From Escherichia phage W143, in sequence record MZ189262.1: 64,000 nt of DNA, one strand, 5' to 3'. Positions 1 through 11,018 of the stretch are shown one piece after another (the first letter of the stretch is position 1; each line of letters begins with the position of its first letter). The notes below the pieces were generated by a model. That model ran no database searches, had not been told where the DNA came from, and was given only the letters and a program-made list of their open reading frames with translations. A program made the position numbers and the translations under genes.

Positions 1-1062
1 AGTAACATCTATATTGATGACTTTTTCGCAAAAGGCGGTTCAGAATATATTTTCGCAACTGCACAAAACTGGCCAGAAGGCTTCTCCGGAATTTTGACTC
101 TGTCTGGTGGATTATCATCAAATGCTGAAGTAACAGCAGGAGATTTGATGGAAGCTTGGGACTTCTTTGCTGACCGTGAATCTGTTGACGTTCAGTTGTT
201 TATTGCGGGTTCTTGTGCCGGTGAATCTTTAGAAACAGCATCTACTGTCCAAAAACACGTCGTTTCAATTGGGGATGCTCGTCAAGATTGCTTAGTATTA
301 TGCTCACCACCACGTGAAACTGTAGTTGGAATTCCTGTAACTCGTGCTGTTGATAACTTAGTCAATTGGAGAACTGCAGCAGGTTCATACACCGATAATA
401 ACTTTAATATCAGTTCAACCTACGCAGCAATTGATGGTAACTACAAGTATCAGTATGACAAATATAATGATGTGAATCGTTGGGTTCCATTAGCAGCTGA
501 TATTGCCGGTTTATGTGCAAGAACCGATAACGTTTCTCAGACTTGGATGTCTCCAGCTGGTTATAATCGCGGCCAGATTCTTAACGTTATTAAACTTGCT
601 ATTGAAACTCGCCAAGCTCAGCGCGACCGTTTATACCAAGAAGCTATCAACCCAGTAACTGGTACAGGTGGTGATGGTTACGTATTATATGGTGATAAAA
701 CAGCTACTTCTGTTCCTTCTCCATTTGATCGTATTAACGTTCGTCGTCTGTTTAATATGTTGAAAACGAATATCGGACGTAGTTCAAAATATCGTTTGTT
801 CGAATTAAACAACGCGTTTACTCGTTCATCATTCCGCACAGAAACTGCCCAATACTTACAGGGAATTAAAGCTCTCGGTGGAATTTATGAATATCGTGTA
901 GTTTGCGATACAACAAATAACACTCCGTCAGTAATTGATAGAAATGAGTTTGTTGCAACATTCTACATTCAACCGGCGCGCAGTATAAATTATATTACTT
1001 TGAATTTCGTCGCAACTGCTACTGGTGCAGATTTCGATGAGTTAACTGGTCTTGCAGGTTAA
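1..1062 (+). CDS. 18: tail sheath protein gp18, C-terminal part (5' end lies outside window)
   Basis: Frame open from nt 1 with no stop; immediately upstream of tail tube gene 19 as in T4; followed by GC hairpin. Confidence 0.8.
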   Translation, partial: SNIYIDDFFAKGGSEYIFATAQNWPEGFSGILTLSGGLSSNAEVTAGDLMEAWDFFADRESVDVQLFIAGSCAGESLETASTVQKHVVSIGDARQDCLVLCSPPRETVVGIPVTRAVDNLVNWRTAAGSYTDNNFNISSTYAAIDGNYKYQYDKYNDVNRWVPLAADIAGLCARTDNVSQTWMSPAGYNRGQILNVIKLAIETRQAQRDRLYQEAINPVTGTGGDGYVLYGDKTATSVPSPFDRINVRRLFNMLKTNIGRSSKYRLFELNNAFTRSSFRTETAQYLQGIKALGGIYEYRVVCDTTNNTPSVIDRNEFVATFYIQPARSINYITLNFVATATGADFDELTGLAG

Positions 1063-1069
1063 TTGATAA

Positions 1070-1083
1070 GGGGCTTCGGCCCC
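1070..1083 (+). terminator. GC hairpin after gene 18 (GGGGCTTCGGCCCC)
   Basis: Perfect 5-bp GC stem with UUCG loop; weak U tract. Confidence 0.5.
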
Positions 1084-1100
1084 TGTTCTCGAGGAATCAA

Positions 1101-1718
1101 GTGATTATTTCTAAATTCATTAAAGTAAAAATTGTACCATCAAATTTTAAACATTATCAGTCAAAGGGATATAAATTAACACCTCTTGGAGCGGTTAAAC
1201 ACGGATTTAAGTATTATGAAATTGATGTTAAAGTTGAAGACATTAAAGGTAGTACTGCGTATGTAAAATGTCGTTGCGATAAATGTGGAATTGAATATAA
1301 TCAACGCATTGGAAGAAACACTGATATTTGTTGTGATTGCCGTCATAAAGATAAAATGCATAATAATTCATATGGTTCAGCGAATAAAGGAAAAACCGTA
1401 GAATGTATGCATGGCGTAAATCATCCAAGATGGAACCCAAATAAATCTGAAATGCGTGAATATATTTCATCGGTATATAGAGAAACTCGTAAGCATAAGA
1501 AAATTTGGTCAAAATGGCCAAATGCTGATAAGATAGGAGTGTGTGGTACAGAAGGTGCTTACCAACTTGATCATAAGGTATCTATCAAATACGGTTTTGA
1601 TAATTTAATTCCTGCTAAAATAATTGGCGGTATTAATAATTTAGAAATAATCACTTGGGAATCTAACCGAGAAAAGTCAAAAAGAAATAGCGTAGATCTT
1701 TGGGATTTACTAGAATGA
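1101..1718 (+). CDS. HNH-family homing endonuclease (Cys-rich N-terminus, C-terminal HNH motif)
   Basis: 205 aa; N-terminal Cys cluster CRCDKCG...CCDCRH; C-terminal QLDHKVS...NNLEIITWESNREK resembles the D-H...N...N HNH core; sits between gp18 and gp19. Confidence 0.7.
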   Translation: MIISKFIKVKIVPSNFKHYQSKGYKLTPLGAVKHGFKYYEIDVKVEDIKGSTAYVKCRCDKCGIEYNQRIGRNTDICCDCRHKDKMHNNSYGSANKGKTVECMHGVNHPRWNPNKSEMREYISSVYRETRKHKKIWSKWPNADKIGVCGTEGAYQLDHKVSIKYGFDNLIPAKIIGGINNLEIITWESNREKSKRNSVDLWDLLE

Positions 1719-1724
1719 TTCTAA

Positions 1725-1742
1725 AGGCCTGTTTCGGCAGGC
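1725..1742 (+). terminator. hairpin after HNH gene
   Basis: GGCCTG...CAGGCC stem; no U tract, may be an RNA stability element. Confidence 0.4.
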
Positions 1743-1744
1743 CA

Positions 1745-1752
1745 TATAAATA
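1745..1752 (+). promoter_or_regulatory. late promoter TATAAATA (distal, gene 19)
   Basis: Exact TATAAATA immediately after the hairpin that follows the HNH gene. Confidence 0.6.
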
Positions 1753-1803
1753 CACTATATCCTTAATTCTTTAATTCTATATGCCCTAGGTTAAACATAG
1801 GGA

Positions 1804-1811
1804 TATAAATA
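1804..1811 (+). promoter_or_regulatory. late promoter TATAAATA (gene 19)
   Basis: Exact TATAAATA about 15 nt before the gene 19 start. Confidence 0.75.
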
Positions 1812-1825
1812 CTACAGAGGCTAAT

Positions 1826-2317
1826 ATGTTTGTAGATGATGTAACACGAGCGTTTGAATCTGGTGATTTTGCTCGACCTAACTTATTCCAAGTAGAAATT
1901 TCTTATCTTGGACAAAATTTTACGTTTCAATGTAAAGCCACTGCTTTACCAGCTGGTATTGTAGAAAAAATTCCAGTCGGATTTATGAACCGTAAAATTA
2001 ACGTAGCAGGCGATCGTACATTCGATGACTGGACTATTACAGTAATGAATGATGAGGCGCATGATGCACGTCAGAAGTTTGTTGATTGGCAAAGCATTGC
2101 TGCTGGGCAAGGAAACGAAATTACTGGTGGAAAACCAGCAGAGTATAAAAAGAGTGCTATTGTACGCCAATATGCTCGTGACGCTAAAACTGTAACAAAA
2201 GAAGTCGAAATTAAAGGCCTGTGGCCTACTAACGTGGGTGAACTTCAGTTAGATTGGGATTCAAACAATGAAATCCAAACCTTTGAAGTAACTCTCGCTC
2301 TCGATTATTGGGAATAA
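1826..2317 (+). CDS. 19: tail tube protein gp19
   Basis: 163 aa, N-terminus MFVDDVTRAFESGDF; T4 gp19 length and position; TATAAATA late promoter upstream. Confidence 0.93.
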   Translation: MFVDDVTRAFESGDFARPNLFQVEISYLGQNFTFQCKATALPAGIVEKIPVGFMNRKINVAGDRTFDDWTITVMNDEAHDARQKFVDWQSIAAGQGNEITGGKPAEYKKSAIVRQYARDAKTVTKEVEIKGLWPTNVGELQLDWDSNNEIQTFEVTLALDYWE

Positions 2318-2323
2318 AATGAA

Positions 2324-2339
2324 TGGGGAGAAATCCCCA
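2324..2339 (+). terminator. hairpin after gene 19 (GAAA tetraloop)
   Basis: TGGGGA-GAAA-TCCCCA. Confidence 0.45.
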
Positions 2340-2349
2340 TCCTGCTTAA

Positions 2350-3974
<1,625 letters not shown>

Positions 3975-3975
<1 letters not shown>

Positions 3976-4217
3976 TGGAAGGTTTAATTGAAGCTATTAA
4001 ATCAAACGACCTCGTAGCCGCTCGTAAATTATTTGCTGAAGCCATGGCTGCAAGAACGATTGATTTAATTAAAGAAGAAAAAATCGCTATCGCTCGTAAT
4101 TTCTTAATCGAAGGTGAAGAACCTGAAGACGAGGATGATGACGAAGATGGTGATGATAAAGACGACAAAAAAGACAAAGACTCTGACGAAGATGACGAAG
4201 ACGAGGATGATGAATAA
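3975..4217 (+). CDS. 67: prohead core protein gp67 (acidic C-terminal tail)
   Basis: 80 aa, C-terminal D/E-rich tail; position between 20 and 68. Confidence 0.85.
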
Positions 4218-4642
4218 TGCTTCTGATCCCTGAAACTCATGAATTAGTTCTCGAGAATGTCGAAGCACTTATTCCTGAAGCACAGGGTCGCTTTGACGAA
4301 TTGTCTTCTGCTTTAAATAAAGACGATATAAATACAATTGTCGAGAATATGCTTGATGATGAAACTGATTTAGCAGTTGCATTAGCTTCTATTAATGAAA
4401 ATATGCCGTTAAATGAATTCATTGTTAAGCATGTTTCAGCTCGTGGTGAAATTACACGTACTAAAGACCGCAAAACACGCGAACGTAATGCATTTCAAAC
4501 CACTGGGCTGTCTAAAGCAAAACGTAGACAAATTGCTCGCAAAGCTACCAAAACGAAGATTGCCAATCCAGCAGGTCAATCTCGTGCTCAGCGTAAGCGT
4601 AAAAAAGCTCTTAAACGCCGTAAAGCATTAGGATTAAGCTAA
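4217..4642 (+). CDS. 68: prohead core protein gp68
   Basis: 141 aa, basic C-terminus; synteny between 67 and 21. Confidence 0.8.
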
Positions 4643-5280
4643 TGAATGAACCCCAATTACTAATTGAAACTTGGGGTCAACCTGGCGAAATTATTGATGG
4701 TGTGCCAATGCTCGAATCCCACGATGGAAAAGACTTAGGTTTAAAACCGGGTTTATACATCGAAGGAATATTCATGCAAGCAGAAGTCGTCAATAGAAAT
4801 AAACGTCTTTATCCAAAACGCATATTAGAAAAAGCGGTAAAAGACTATATTAATGAGCAAGTTTTAACTAAACAAGCTCTCGGAGAATTAAATCATCCTC
4901 CACGCGCTAATGTTGACCCGATGCAAGCCGCTATCATTATAGAAGATATGTGGTGGAAAGGAAATGACGTATACGGACGAGCTCGTGTTATTGAAGGTGA
5001 CCACGGTCCTGGAGATAAATTAGCAGCTAATATTCGTGCCGGATGGATTCCAGGAGTTTCTTCTCGTGGATTAGGTTCATTGACTGACACAAATAAAGGT
5101 TATCGTATCGTAAACGAAGGATTCAAATTAACTGTAGGTGTTGATGCAGTATGGGGTCCAAGTGCTCCAGATGCATGGGTAACTCCTAAGGAAATTACCG
5201 AATCACAGACGGCGGAAGCCGATACAAGTGCCGATGACGCCTATATGGCTCTCGCAGAGGCCATGAAAAAAGCGTTATAA
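4642..5280 (+). CDS. 21: prohead core protease gp21
   Basis: 212 aa; position and length of T4 prohead protease. Confidence 0.9.
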   Translation: MNEPQLLIETWGQPGEIIDGVPMLESHDGKDLGLKPGLYIEGIFMQAEVVNRNKRLYPKRILEKAVKDYINEQVLTKQALGELNHPPRANVDPMQAAIIIEDMWWKGNDVYGRARVIEGDHGPGDKLAANIRAGWIPGVSSRGLGSLTDTNKGYRIVNEGFKLTVGVDAVWGPSAPDAWVTPKEITESQTAEADTSADDAYMALAEAMKKAL

Positions 5281-5283
5281 ATA
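5276..5283 (+). promoter_or_regulatory. late promoter TATAAATA (gene 22)
   Basis: Exact match overlapping the gene 21 stop. Confidence 0.7.
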
Positions 5284-5310
5284 TTATTATCTAAACAACA
5301 GGACTACAAA

Positions 5311-6120
5311 ATGCTTAAAGAACAACTGATTGCTGAAGCGCAAAAAATTGATGCTTCCGTTGCTCTTGATAGTATTTTCGAATCAGTTAATATTTCTCCG
5401 GAAGCAAAAGAAACTTTCGGCACTGTATTCGAAGCTACCGTCAAGCAGCACGCCGTTAAATTAGCTGAATCTCATATCGCTAAAATTGCTGAAAAAGCAG
5501 AAGAAGAAGTAGAAAAAAATAAAGAAGAAGCCGAAGAAAAAGCTGAGAAGAAAATCGCTGAGCAAGCTTCTAAATTCATCGACCATCTTGCGAAAGAATG
5601 GCTCGCTGAAAATAAATTAGCAGTTGATAAAGGCATCAAAGCCGAACTGTTTGAATCCATGCTTGGTGGATTAAAAGAGCTCTTTGTTGAACACAACGTT
5701 GTTGTTCCAGAAGAATCAGTTGATGTTGTGGCTGAAATGGAAGAAGAGCTGCAAGAACATAAAGAAGAATCAGCTCGTCTGTTTGAAGAACTCAATATGC
5801 GCGACGCATATATCAATTATGTGCAGCGTGAAGTGGCATTGAGCGAAAGTACTAAAGATCTGACTGAGTCTCAAAAAGAAAAAGTCTCTGCTCTGGTCGA
5901 AGGTATGGATTATTCAGATGAATTCTCAAATAAATTGAGTGCCATCGTAGAAATGGTGAAGAAGTCTAATAAAGATGAAAGCACTATTACTGAGGGTATA
6001 AATACTCCTGATACTGAAGCAGCCGGACTGAATTTCGTCACTGAAGCTGTAGAAGATAAAACTGCACCTGGTGCAGAAGATATTGTAAGTGTATATGCGA
6101 AAGTCGCATCTCGTTTCTAA
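5311..6120 (+). CDS. 22: prohead scaffold protein gp22
   Basis: 269 aa, highly charged E/K-rich helical sequence; TATAAATA upstream. Confidence 0.9.
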   Translation: MLKEQLIAEAQKIDASVALDSIFESVNISPEAKETFGTVFEATVKQHAVKLAESHIAKIAEKAEEEVEKNKEEAEEKAEKKIAEQASKFIDHLAKEWLAENKLAVDKGIKAELFESMLGGLKELFVEHNVVVPEESVDVVAEMEEELQEHKEESARLFEELNMRDAYINYVQREVALSESTKDLTESQKEKVSALVEGMDYSDEFSNKLSAIVEMVKKSNKDESTITEGINTPDTEAAGLNFVTEAVEDKTAPGAEDIVSVYAKVASRF

Positions 6121-6138
6121 TTTTAAAGGTTAACACAA

Positions 6139-7704
6139 ATGACTATCAAAACTAAAGCTGAACTTTTGAACAAATGGAAGCCATTACTGGAAGGTGAAGG
6201 TTTACCGGAAATTGCTAATAGCAAACAAGCGATTATCGCTAAAATCTTTGAAAACCAGGAAAAAGATTTCCAGACAGCTCCAGAGTACAAAGACGAAAAA
6301 ATCGCTCAGGCGTTCGGTTCTTTCTTAACAGAAGCTGAAATCGGTGGTGACCACGGTTACAATGCTACTAACATCGCTGCAGGTCAGACTTCTGGCGCAG
6401 TAACTCAGATTGGCCCAGCTGTTATGGGTATGGTACGTCGTGCTATTCCTAACCTGATTGCTTTCGATATTTGCGGTGTTCAGCCGATGAATAGCCCGAC
6501 CGGTCAGGTATTCGCACTGCGCGCAGTATATGGTAAAGACCCAATCGCTTCCGGCGCTAAAGAAGCATTCCACCCAATGTATGGTCCAGATGCAATGTTC
6601 TCTGGTCAGGGTGCTGCTAAGAAATTCGCTGCTTTGAAAGCAAGTGATACTCTTGAAGTTGGAACTATTTACACCCACTTCTTCCAGGACACTGGTACTG
6701 TGTATCTGCAAGCTACAGAAGCTAAACAAATTGATTCCGCTGCATCTGACGCAGACAAATTAGATGCTGAAATTAAGAAACAAATGGAAGCTGGTGTACT
6801 GGTAGAAATCGCTGAAGGTATGGCTACTTCTATCGCTGAACTTCAGGAAAGTTTCAACGGTTCTACCGATAACCCATGGAATGAAATGGGCTTCCGTATC
6901 GATAAACAAGTTATCGAAGCTAAATCTCGCCAGCTGAAAGCTGCTTACTCTATCGAATTAGCACAAGACCTCCGCGCTGTTCACGGTATGGATGCTGATG
7001 CTGAACTGTCTGGTATTCTGGCTACCGAAATCATGCTGGAAATTAACCGTGAAGTTGTTGATTGGATTAACTACTCAGCTCAGGTTGGTAAATCTGGTAT
7101 GACCCTGACTCCGGGTTCTAAAGCTGGTGTATTTGACTTCCAGGATCCGATTGATATTCGTGGTGCTCGCTGGGCGGGTGAATCCTTTAAAGCTCTGCTG
7201 TTCCAGATTGACAAAGAAGCAGTTGAAATTGCTCGTCAGACCGGTCGTGGTGAAGGTAACTTCATTATCGCTTCCCGTAACGTAGTTAACGTTCTGGCTT
7301 CAGTTGATACTGGCATTTCTTATGCTGCACAGGGTCTGGCTACCGGCTTTAACACTGATACTACCAAGTCAGTATTTGCTGGTGTTCTGGGTGGTAAATA
7401 CCGTGTATATATCGACCAGTATGCTAAACAGGATTATTTCACCGTAGGTTATAAAGGTCCGAACGAAATGGATGCAGGTATTTACTATGCTCCATATGTA
7501 GCTCTGACTCCGCTGCGTGGTTCCGATCCGAAGAACTTCCAACCAGTAATGGGATTCAAAACTCGTTACGGTATCGGTATCAACCCATTTGCAGAATCCG
7601 CTGCTCAGGCTCCGGCTTCTCGCATCCAGAGCGGTATGCCTTCTATTCTGAATAGCCTTGGTAAAAACGCTTACTTCCGCCGTGTATATGTTAAAGGTAT
7701 CTAA
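6139..7704 (+). CDS. 23: major capsid protein gp23
   Basis: 521 aa, N-terminus MTIKTKAELLNKWKPLLEGEG; strong terminator hairpin downstream. Confidence 0.95.
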   Translation: MTIKTKAELLNKWKPLLEGEGLPEIANSKQAIIAKIFENQEKDFQTAPEYKDEKIAQAFGSFLTEAEIGGDHGYNATNIAAGQTSGAVTQIGPAVMGMVRRAIPNLIAFDICGVQPMNSPTGQVFALRAVYGKDPIASGAKEAFHPMYGPDAMFSGQGAAKKFAALKASDTLEVGTIYTHFFQDTGTVYLQATEAKQIDSAASDADKLDAEIKKQMEAGVLVEIAEGMATSIAELQESFNGSTDNPWNEMGFRIDKQVIEAKSRQLKAAYSIELAQDLRAVHGMDADAELSGILATEIMLEINREVVDWINYSAQVGKSGMTLTPGSKAGVFDFQDPIDIRGARWAGESFKALLFQIDKEAVEIARQTGRGEGNFIIASRNVVNVLASVDTGISYAAQGLATGFNTDTTKSVFAGVLGGKYRVYIDQYAKQDYFTVGYKGPNEMDAGIYYAPYVALTPLRGSDPKNFQPVMGFKTRYGIGINPFAESAAQAPASRIQSGMPSILNSLGKNAYFRRVYVKGI

Positions 7705-7720
7705 GATATAACCTTATTAT

Positions 7721-7748
7721 GGGAGACTTCGGTCTCCCATTCTTGTTT
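7721..7748 (+). terminator. intrinsic terminator after gene 23
   Basis: GGGAGAC-TTCG-GTCTCCC followed by ATTCTTGTTT. Confidence 0.7.
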
Positions 7749-7753
7749 CTATA

Positions 7754-8020
7754 CTACGCAATCTTAACTCGACGGTTGATGATGTCACGGAAGTCAATAC
7801 GATTTTCTTGGATTTTCAGCCAGTTACCAGATTTGTCTTTGGTATGGGTAGAATATTCACCGTTCCACCAGAAGTCAGTAGCATAATCCATGGTTTCATA
7901 TTTCTTAACTAGGGCATTCACTGCATTACCGTTAGGATTGGAACCATATTTTTCTACCAGGGCTTTGATGTCTTTATCAAGAGCGGACAGAGTAGTACGA
8001 ATAAAGTTTAACTTGTTCAT
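7754..8020 (-). CDS. hypothetical small protein, opposite strand between genes 23 and 24
   Basis: ORF track frame 7754..8035; ATG at 8020 (MNKLNF) is preceded by GAGGAG about 7 nt upstream; early-type promoter upstream. Confidence 0.55.
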   Translation of the reverse strand: MNKLNFIRTTLSALDKDIKALVEKYGSNPNGNAVNALVKKYETMDYATDFWWNGEYSTHTKDKSGNWLKIQENRIDFRDIINRRVKIA

Positions 8021-8050
8021 TTTTAATCTCCTCATGTTTTTGATAGGTCT

Positions 8051-8080
8051 ATAGTAACATGTGATAACCTTGCTGTAAAC
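8051..8080 (-). promoter_or_regulatory. early (sigma70-type) promoter for the 7754-8020 ORF
   Basis: - strand GTTTACA, 17 nt spacer, TACTAT. Confidence 0.6.
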
Positions 8081-8086
8081 AACTTT

Positions 8087-8094
8087 TATAAATA
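8087..8094 (+). promoter_or_regulatory. late promoter TATAAATA (gene 24)
   Basis: Exact match about 29 nt before the ATG. Confidence 0.75.
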
Positions 8095-8122
8095 AACATA
8101 TACTCTCAACAAGGAAAGCGCA

Positions 8123-9406
8123 ATGGCTAAAATCAACGAACTTCTGCGCGAATCAACCACAACGAATAGCAACTCAATCGGTCGCCCAAATCTCGTTGCT
8201 TTGACTCGCGCTACCACTAAATTAATATATTCTGACATTGTAGCAACGCAAAGAACTAATCAACCTGTTGCTGCTTTTTATGGTATCAAATACCTTAACC
8301 CAGATAATGAATTTACATTTAAAACTGGTGCTACTTACGCTGGCGAAGCTGGATATGTAGACCGAGAACAAATCACAGAATTAACAGAAGAGTCTAAATT
8401 AACTCTCAATAAAGGCGATTTATTCAAATATAATAATATCGTTTATAAAGTATTAGAAGATACACCATTTGCTACCATTGAAGAAAGCGATTTAGAACTA
8501 GCTCTTCAGATTGCAATTGTTCTTTTAAAGGTTCGTCTATTTTCTGATGCAGCGTCAACGAGCAAATTTGAAAGCTCTGATAGCGAAATTGCTGATGCTA
8601 GATTCCAGATTAATAAATGGCAAACCGCAGTTAAATCTCGTAAACTTAAAACAGGTCTCACGGTTGAATTAGCACAAGATTTAGAAGCAAATGGATTCGA
8701 TGCTCCTAATTTCTTGGAAGATTTGCTTGCAACTGAAATGGCGGATGAAATCAATAAAGATATTCTACAGTCTTTGATTACAGTGTCAAAACGCTATAAA
8801 GTTACAGGAATTACTGATACCGGATTCATTGATTTGAGTTATGCATCTGCACCTGAAGCCGGTCGTTCATTATACCGAATGGTATGTGAAATGGTTTCGC
8901 ATATCCAAAAAGAATCAACTTATACAGCAACGTTCTGTGTTGCTTCAGCTCGTGCCGCTGCGATTCTTGCTGCATCAGGTTGGTTAAAACATAAACCAGA
9001 AGATGATAAATATCTTTCACAAAATGCCTATGGGTTCTTAGCTAATGGTTTACCGCTTTATTGTGATACTAACAGCCCATTAGATTATGTAATCGTTGGC
9101 GTGGTAGAAAATATTGGCGAAAAAGAAATTGTCGGATCAATTTTCTATGCTCCGTATACAGAAGGTCTTGACTTAGATGACCCTGAACATGTAGGTGCAT
9201 TTAAAGTTGTAGTTGATCCAGAAAGTTTGCAGCCATCTATCGGTTTATTGGTTAGATATGCTTTATCTGCAAATCCTTACACTGTAGCAAAAGACGAAAA
9301 AGAAGCAAGAATAATTGATGGTGGAGACATGGATAAAATGGCGGGTCGTTCAGATTTGTCTGTTTTATTAGGTGTTAAGCTACCAAAAATTATCGTTGAT
9401 GAATAA
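8123..9406 (+). CDS. 24: capsid vertex protein gp24
   Basis: 427 aa, capsid-fold paralogue of gp23 by position and length; late promoter upstream. Confidence 0.92.
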   Translation: MAKINELLRESTTTNSNSIGRPNLVALTRATTKLIYSDIVATQRTNQPVAAFYGIKYLNPDNEFTFKTGATYAGEAGYVDREQITELTEESKLTLNKGDLFKYNNIVYKVLEDTPFATIEESDLELALQIAIVLLKVRLFSDAASTSKFESSDSEIADARFQINKWQTAVKSRKLKTGLTVELAQDLEANGFDAPNFLEDLLATEMADEINKDILQSLITVSKRYKVTGITDTGFIDLSYASAPEAGRSLYRMVCEMVSHIQKESTYTATFCVASARAAAILAASGWLKHKPEDDKYLSQNAYGFLANGLPLYCDTNSPLDYVIVGVVENIGEKEIVGSIFYAPYTEGLDLDDPEHVGAFKVVVDPESLQPSIGLLVRYALSANPYTVAKDEKEARIIDGGDMDKMAGRSDLSVLLGVKLPKIIVDE

Positions 9407-9412
9407 AACAAA

Positions 9413-9434
9413 GGGACCTTTTGGTCCCTTTTTA
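9413..9434. terminator. bidirectional terminator between convergent 24 and rnlB
   Basis: GGGACC-TTTT-GGTCCC followed by TTTTTATTT. Confidence 0.75.
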
Positions 9435-9435
9435 T

Positions 9436-10440
9436 TTAACTTACCAATTCAATCCAAGCCGGACGAAGTACATCTTGTACCATTTTAACTAATTCCTTTT
9501 TAATCAAAGAAGGATTATCCGCTTGAGTTAAAGTAATACCTTCACGAGAAGTTTCTTCCAAAATATCTTGAACAGTTAGTCCCATCACCTTTCCAAAATC
9601 CTTCGGACTAATTTCGCCAATTTTAGAAATAACGTTATTTACTCGGTTCAGTGTAACGTAGCAAGCTAAAATTCCCAGCAATTTATTATCAGCTTCTGAC
9701 AGCTCAACTTTAGCTTTAATAGGCTTATCAGACTTTTTCTTTTCACTAAATTTAGAGCTCTTGCATTTAATAGCTACACGATTGCCATTAGGCATCCAAG
9801 AAGGATAACAAGGTTTCAATACATATCCTTCAGCAGTAAATACTTCGCCTTTTGCTTCAGCATTCCAGACGCATTTATTTGCATCAACTAATCCAGCATG
9901 GTCTACTGTAAAATTATAATCCTGGACGACAGAATCTAAATCATTTGGCAATTTAATAAGTTCTTCAAATTTACCACGACCCAAAAGTGGAGCCATTTTA
10001 AATTTAAATGTATTACAGAATGATTCCATCATATAATCATCGACATAAGTCACATCACCACTTTCGGTAGTAACAATAATGTCAAATACATAAAAATCTT
10101 TATCGCCATAATCGACATTCTTCTGAATGCCAGGTCCAGCGAATTCGCCGAAGACTTGATAAGATACAACTGCTGAAGTTTCCATAATATCTTGTACTGC
10201 TTTAATGGAATCAGCGTAATTCTTTAGAATAATTTCATACCCAAAGAAATCTTCAGCAGGAAGAATTGGTCCAGTACGTTTAGCACAAGTCGCTTTATCG
10301 CGTTCAATAATCAGTGAGAAATTTGTACCATGAATCTTTTCACGAGCTACCCATTCGCCGCCAGTCAATCCTAAACTATAAAGTTTTTCAATGAATTTAG
10401 AATTATAATGATTTTCAAGACTGCTATACTTTTTAAACAT
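9436..10440 (-). CDS. rnlB: RNA ligase 2 (Rnl2)
   Basis: 334 aa; adenylation motif KIHGTN near N-terminus; T4 position downstream of gene 24. Confidence 0.9.
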   Translation of the reverse strand: MFKKYSSLENHYNSKFIEKLYSLGLTGGEWVAREKIHGTNFSLIIERDKATCAKRTGPILPAEDFFGYEIILKNYADSIKAVQDIMETSAVVSYQVFGEFAGPGIQKNVDYGDKDFYVFDIIVTTESGDVTYVDDYMMESFCNTFKFKMAPLLGRGKFEELIKLPNDLDSVVQDYNFTVDHAGLVDANKCVWNAEAKGEVFTAEGYVLKPCYPSWMPNGNRVAIKCKSSKFSEKKKSDKPIKAKVELSEADNKLLGILACYVTLNRVNNVISKIGEISPKDFGKVMGLTVQDILEETSREGITLTQADNPSLIKKELVKMVQDVLRPAWIELVS

Positions 10441-10449
10441 AATTAATCC

Positions 10450-10728
10450 TCAAAATGTAATTTCTAACCAATCACCATCACGCTGATCACTATTGACTTT
10501 AAAACTAAATCCTTCTTTTCTCAGCCAATCACCAATTTCTTCAGTAATCAATTTATCGCGAGCAGTGCAATAATAACTAAAATATGTTTTACCTTGTTCA
10601 GCTGCTTTATTAGCAAGTTCCGAAAAATCTTTAATAAAACACTCTAGTTTAAACTGTTTACTTTTAAGTGCTTTTTCGCGTAATTGATTAGCAAAAGATT
10701 CATTTTCATAAAGATCATACTGTTCCAT
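10450..10728 (-). CDS. hypothetical protein (24.2 position)
   Basis: 92 aa ORF in synteny with T4 24.2. Confidence 0.55.
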   Translation of the reverse strand: MEQYDLYENESFANQLREKALKSKQFKLECFIKDFSELANKAAEQGKTYFSYYCTARDKLITEEIGDWLRKEGFSFKVNSDQRDGDWLEITF

Positions 10729-10930
10729 TTTTCACCTTCTTATTAATATGTCTTTTTCTATAGACAACTTTTTCTCGAGTCTCAAATTTATTCTTAGCAG
10801 TCATAGCTCGAGCCCATAATACAGCCACTTCTTTCGCCTGTAAGTTCAATTCACGAGCAATTTCAATGAATGACTTTCCAGACTCATGGAGTGTAAACAC
10901 CACAACCTCAGTTCTCATAATCAATCTCAT
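10715..10930 (-). CDS. hypothetical small protein with HTH-like segment (24.3 position)
   Basis: 71 aa; SGKSFIEIARELNLQAKEV resembles a helix-turn-helix. Confidence 0.5.
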   Translation of the reverse strand: MRLIMRTEVVVFTLHESGKSFIEIARELNLQAKEVAVLWARAMTAKNKFETREKVVYRKRHINKKVKNGTV

Positions 10931-10980
10931 GTTATCGAGTTAGTGCCATTATATACATCGTTTTCTGATTGTGTTTTGTG

Positions 10981-11014
10981 TGCTTTCAAAATGAAGAAAG
11001 GGGCCGAAGCCCCT
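10981..11014 (-). terminator. intrinsic terminator after hoc
   Basis: - strand AGGGGCTTCGGCCCCT followed by TTTCTTCATTTT. Confidence 0.65.
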
Positions 11015-11018
11015 TAGA

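Noticed and set aside
5472-5816. 114-aa minus-strand ORF inside gene 22
   Set aside because: Fully embedded antisense to the E/K-rich scaffold gene; Ser-rich translation typical of antisense to GAA/AAA-rich codons; no RBS
6325-6729. 134-aa minus-strand ORF inside gene 23
   Set aside because: Embedded antisense to the major capsid gene; no promoter or RBS
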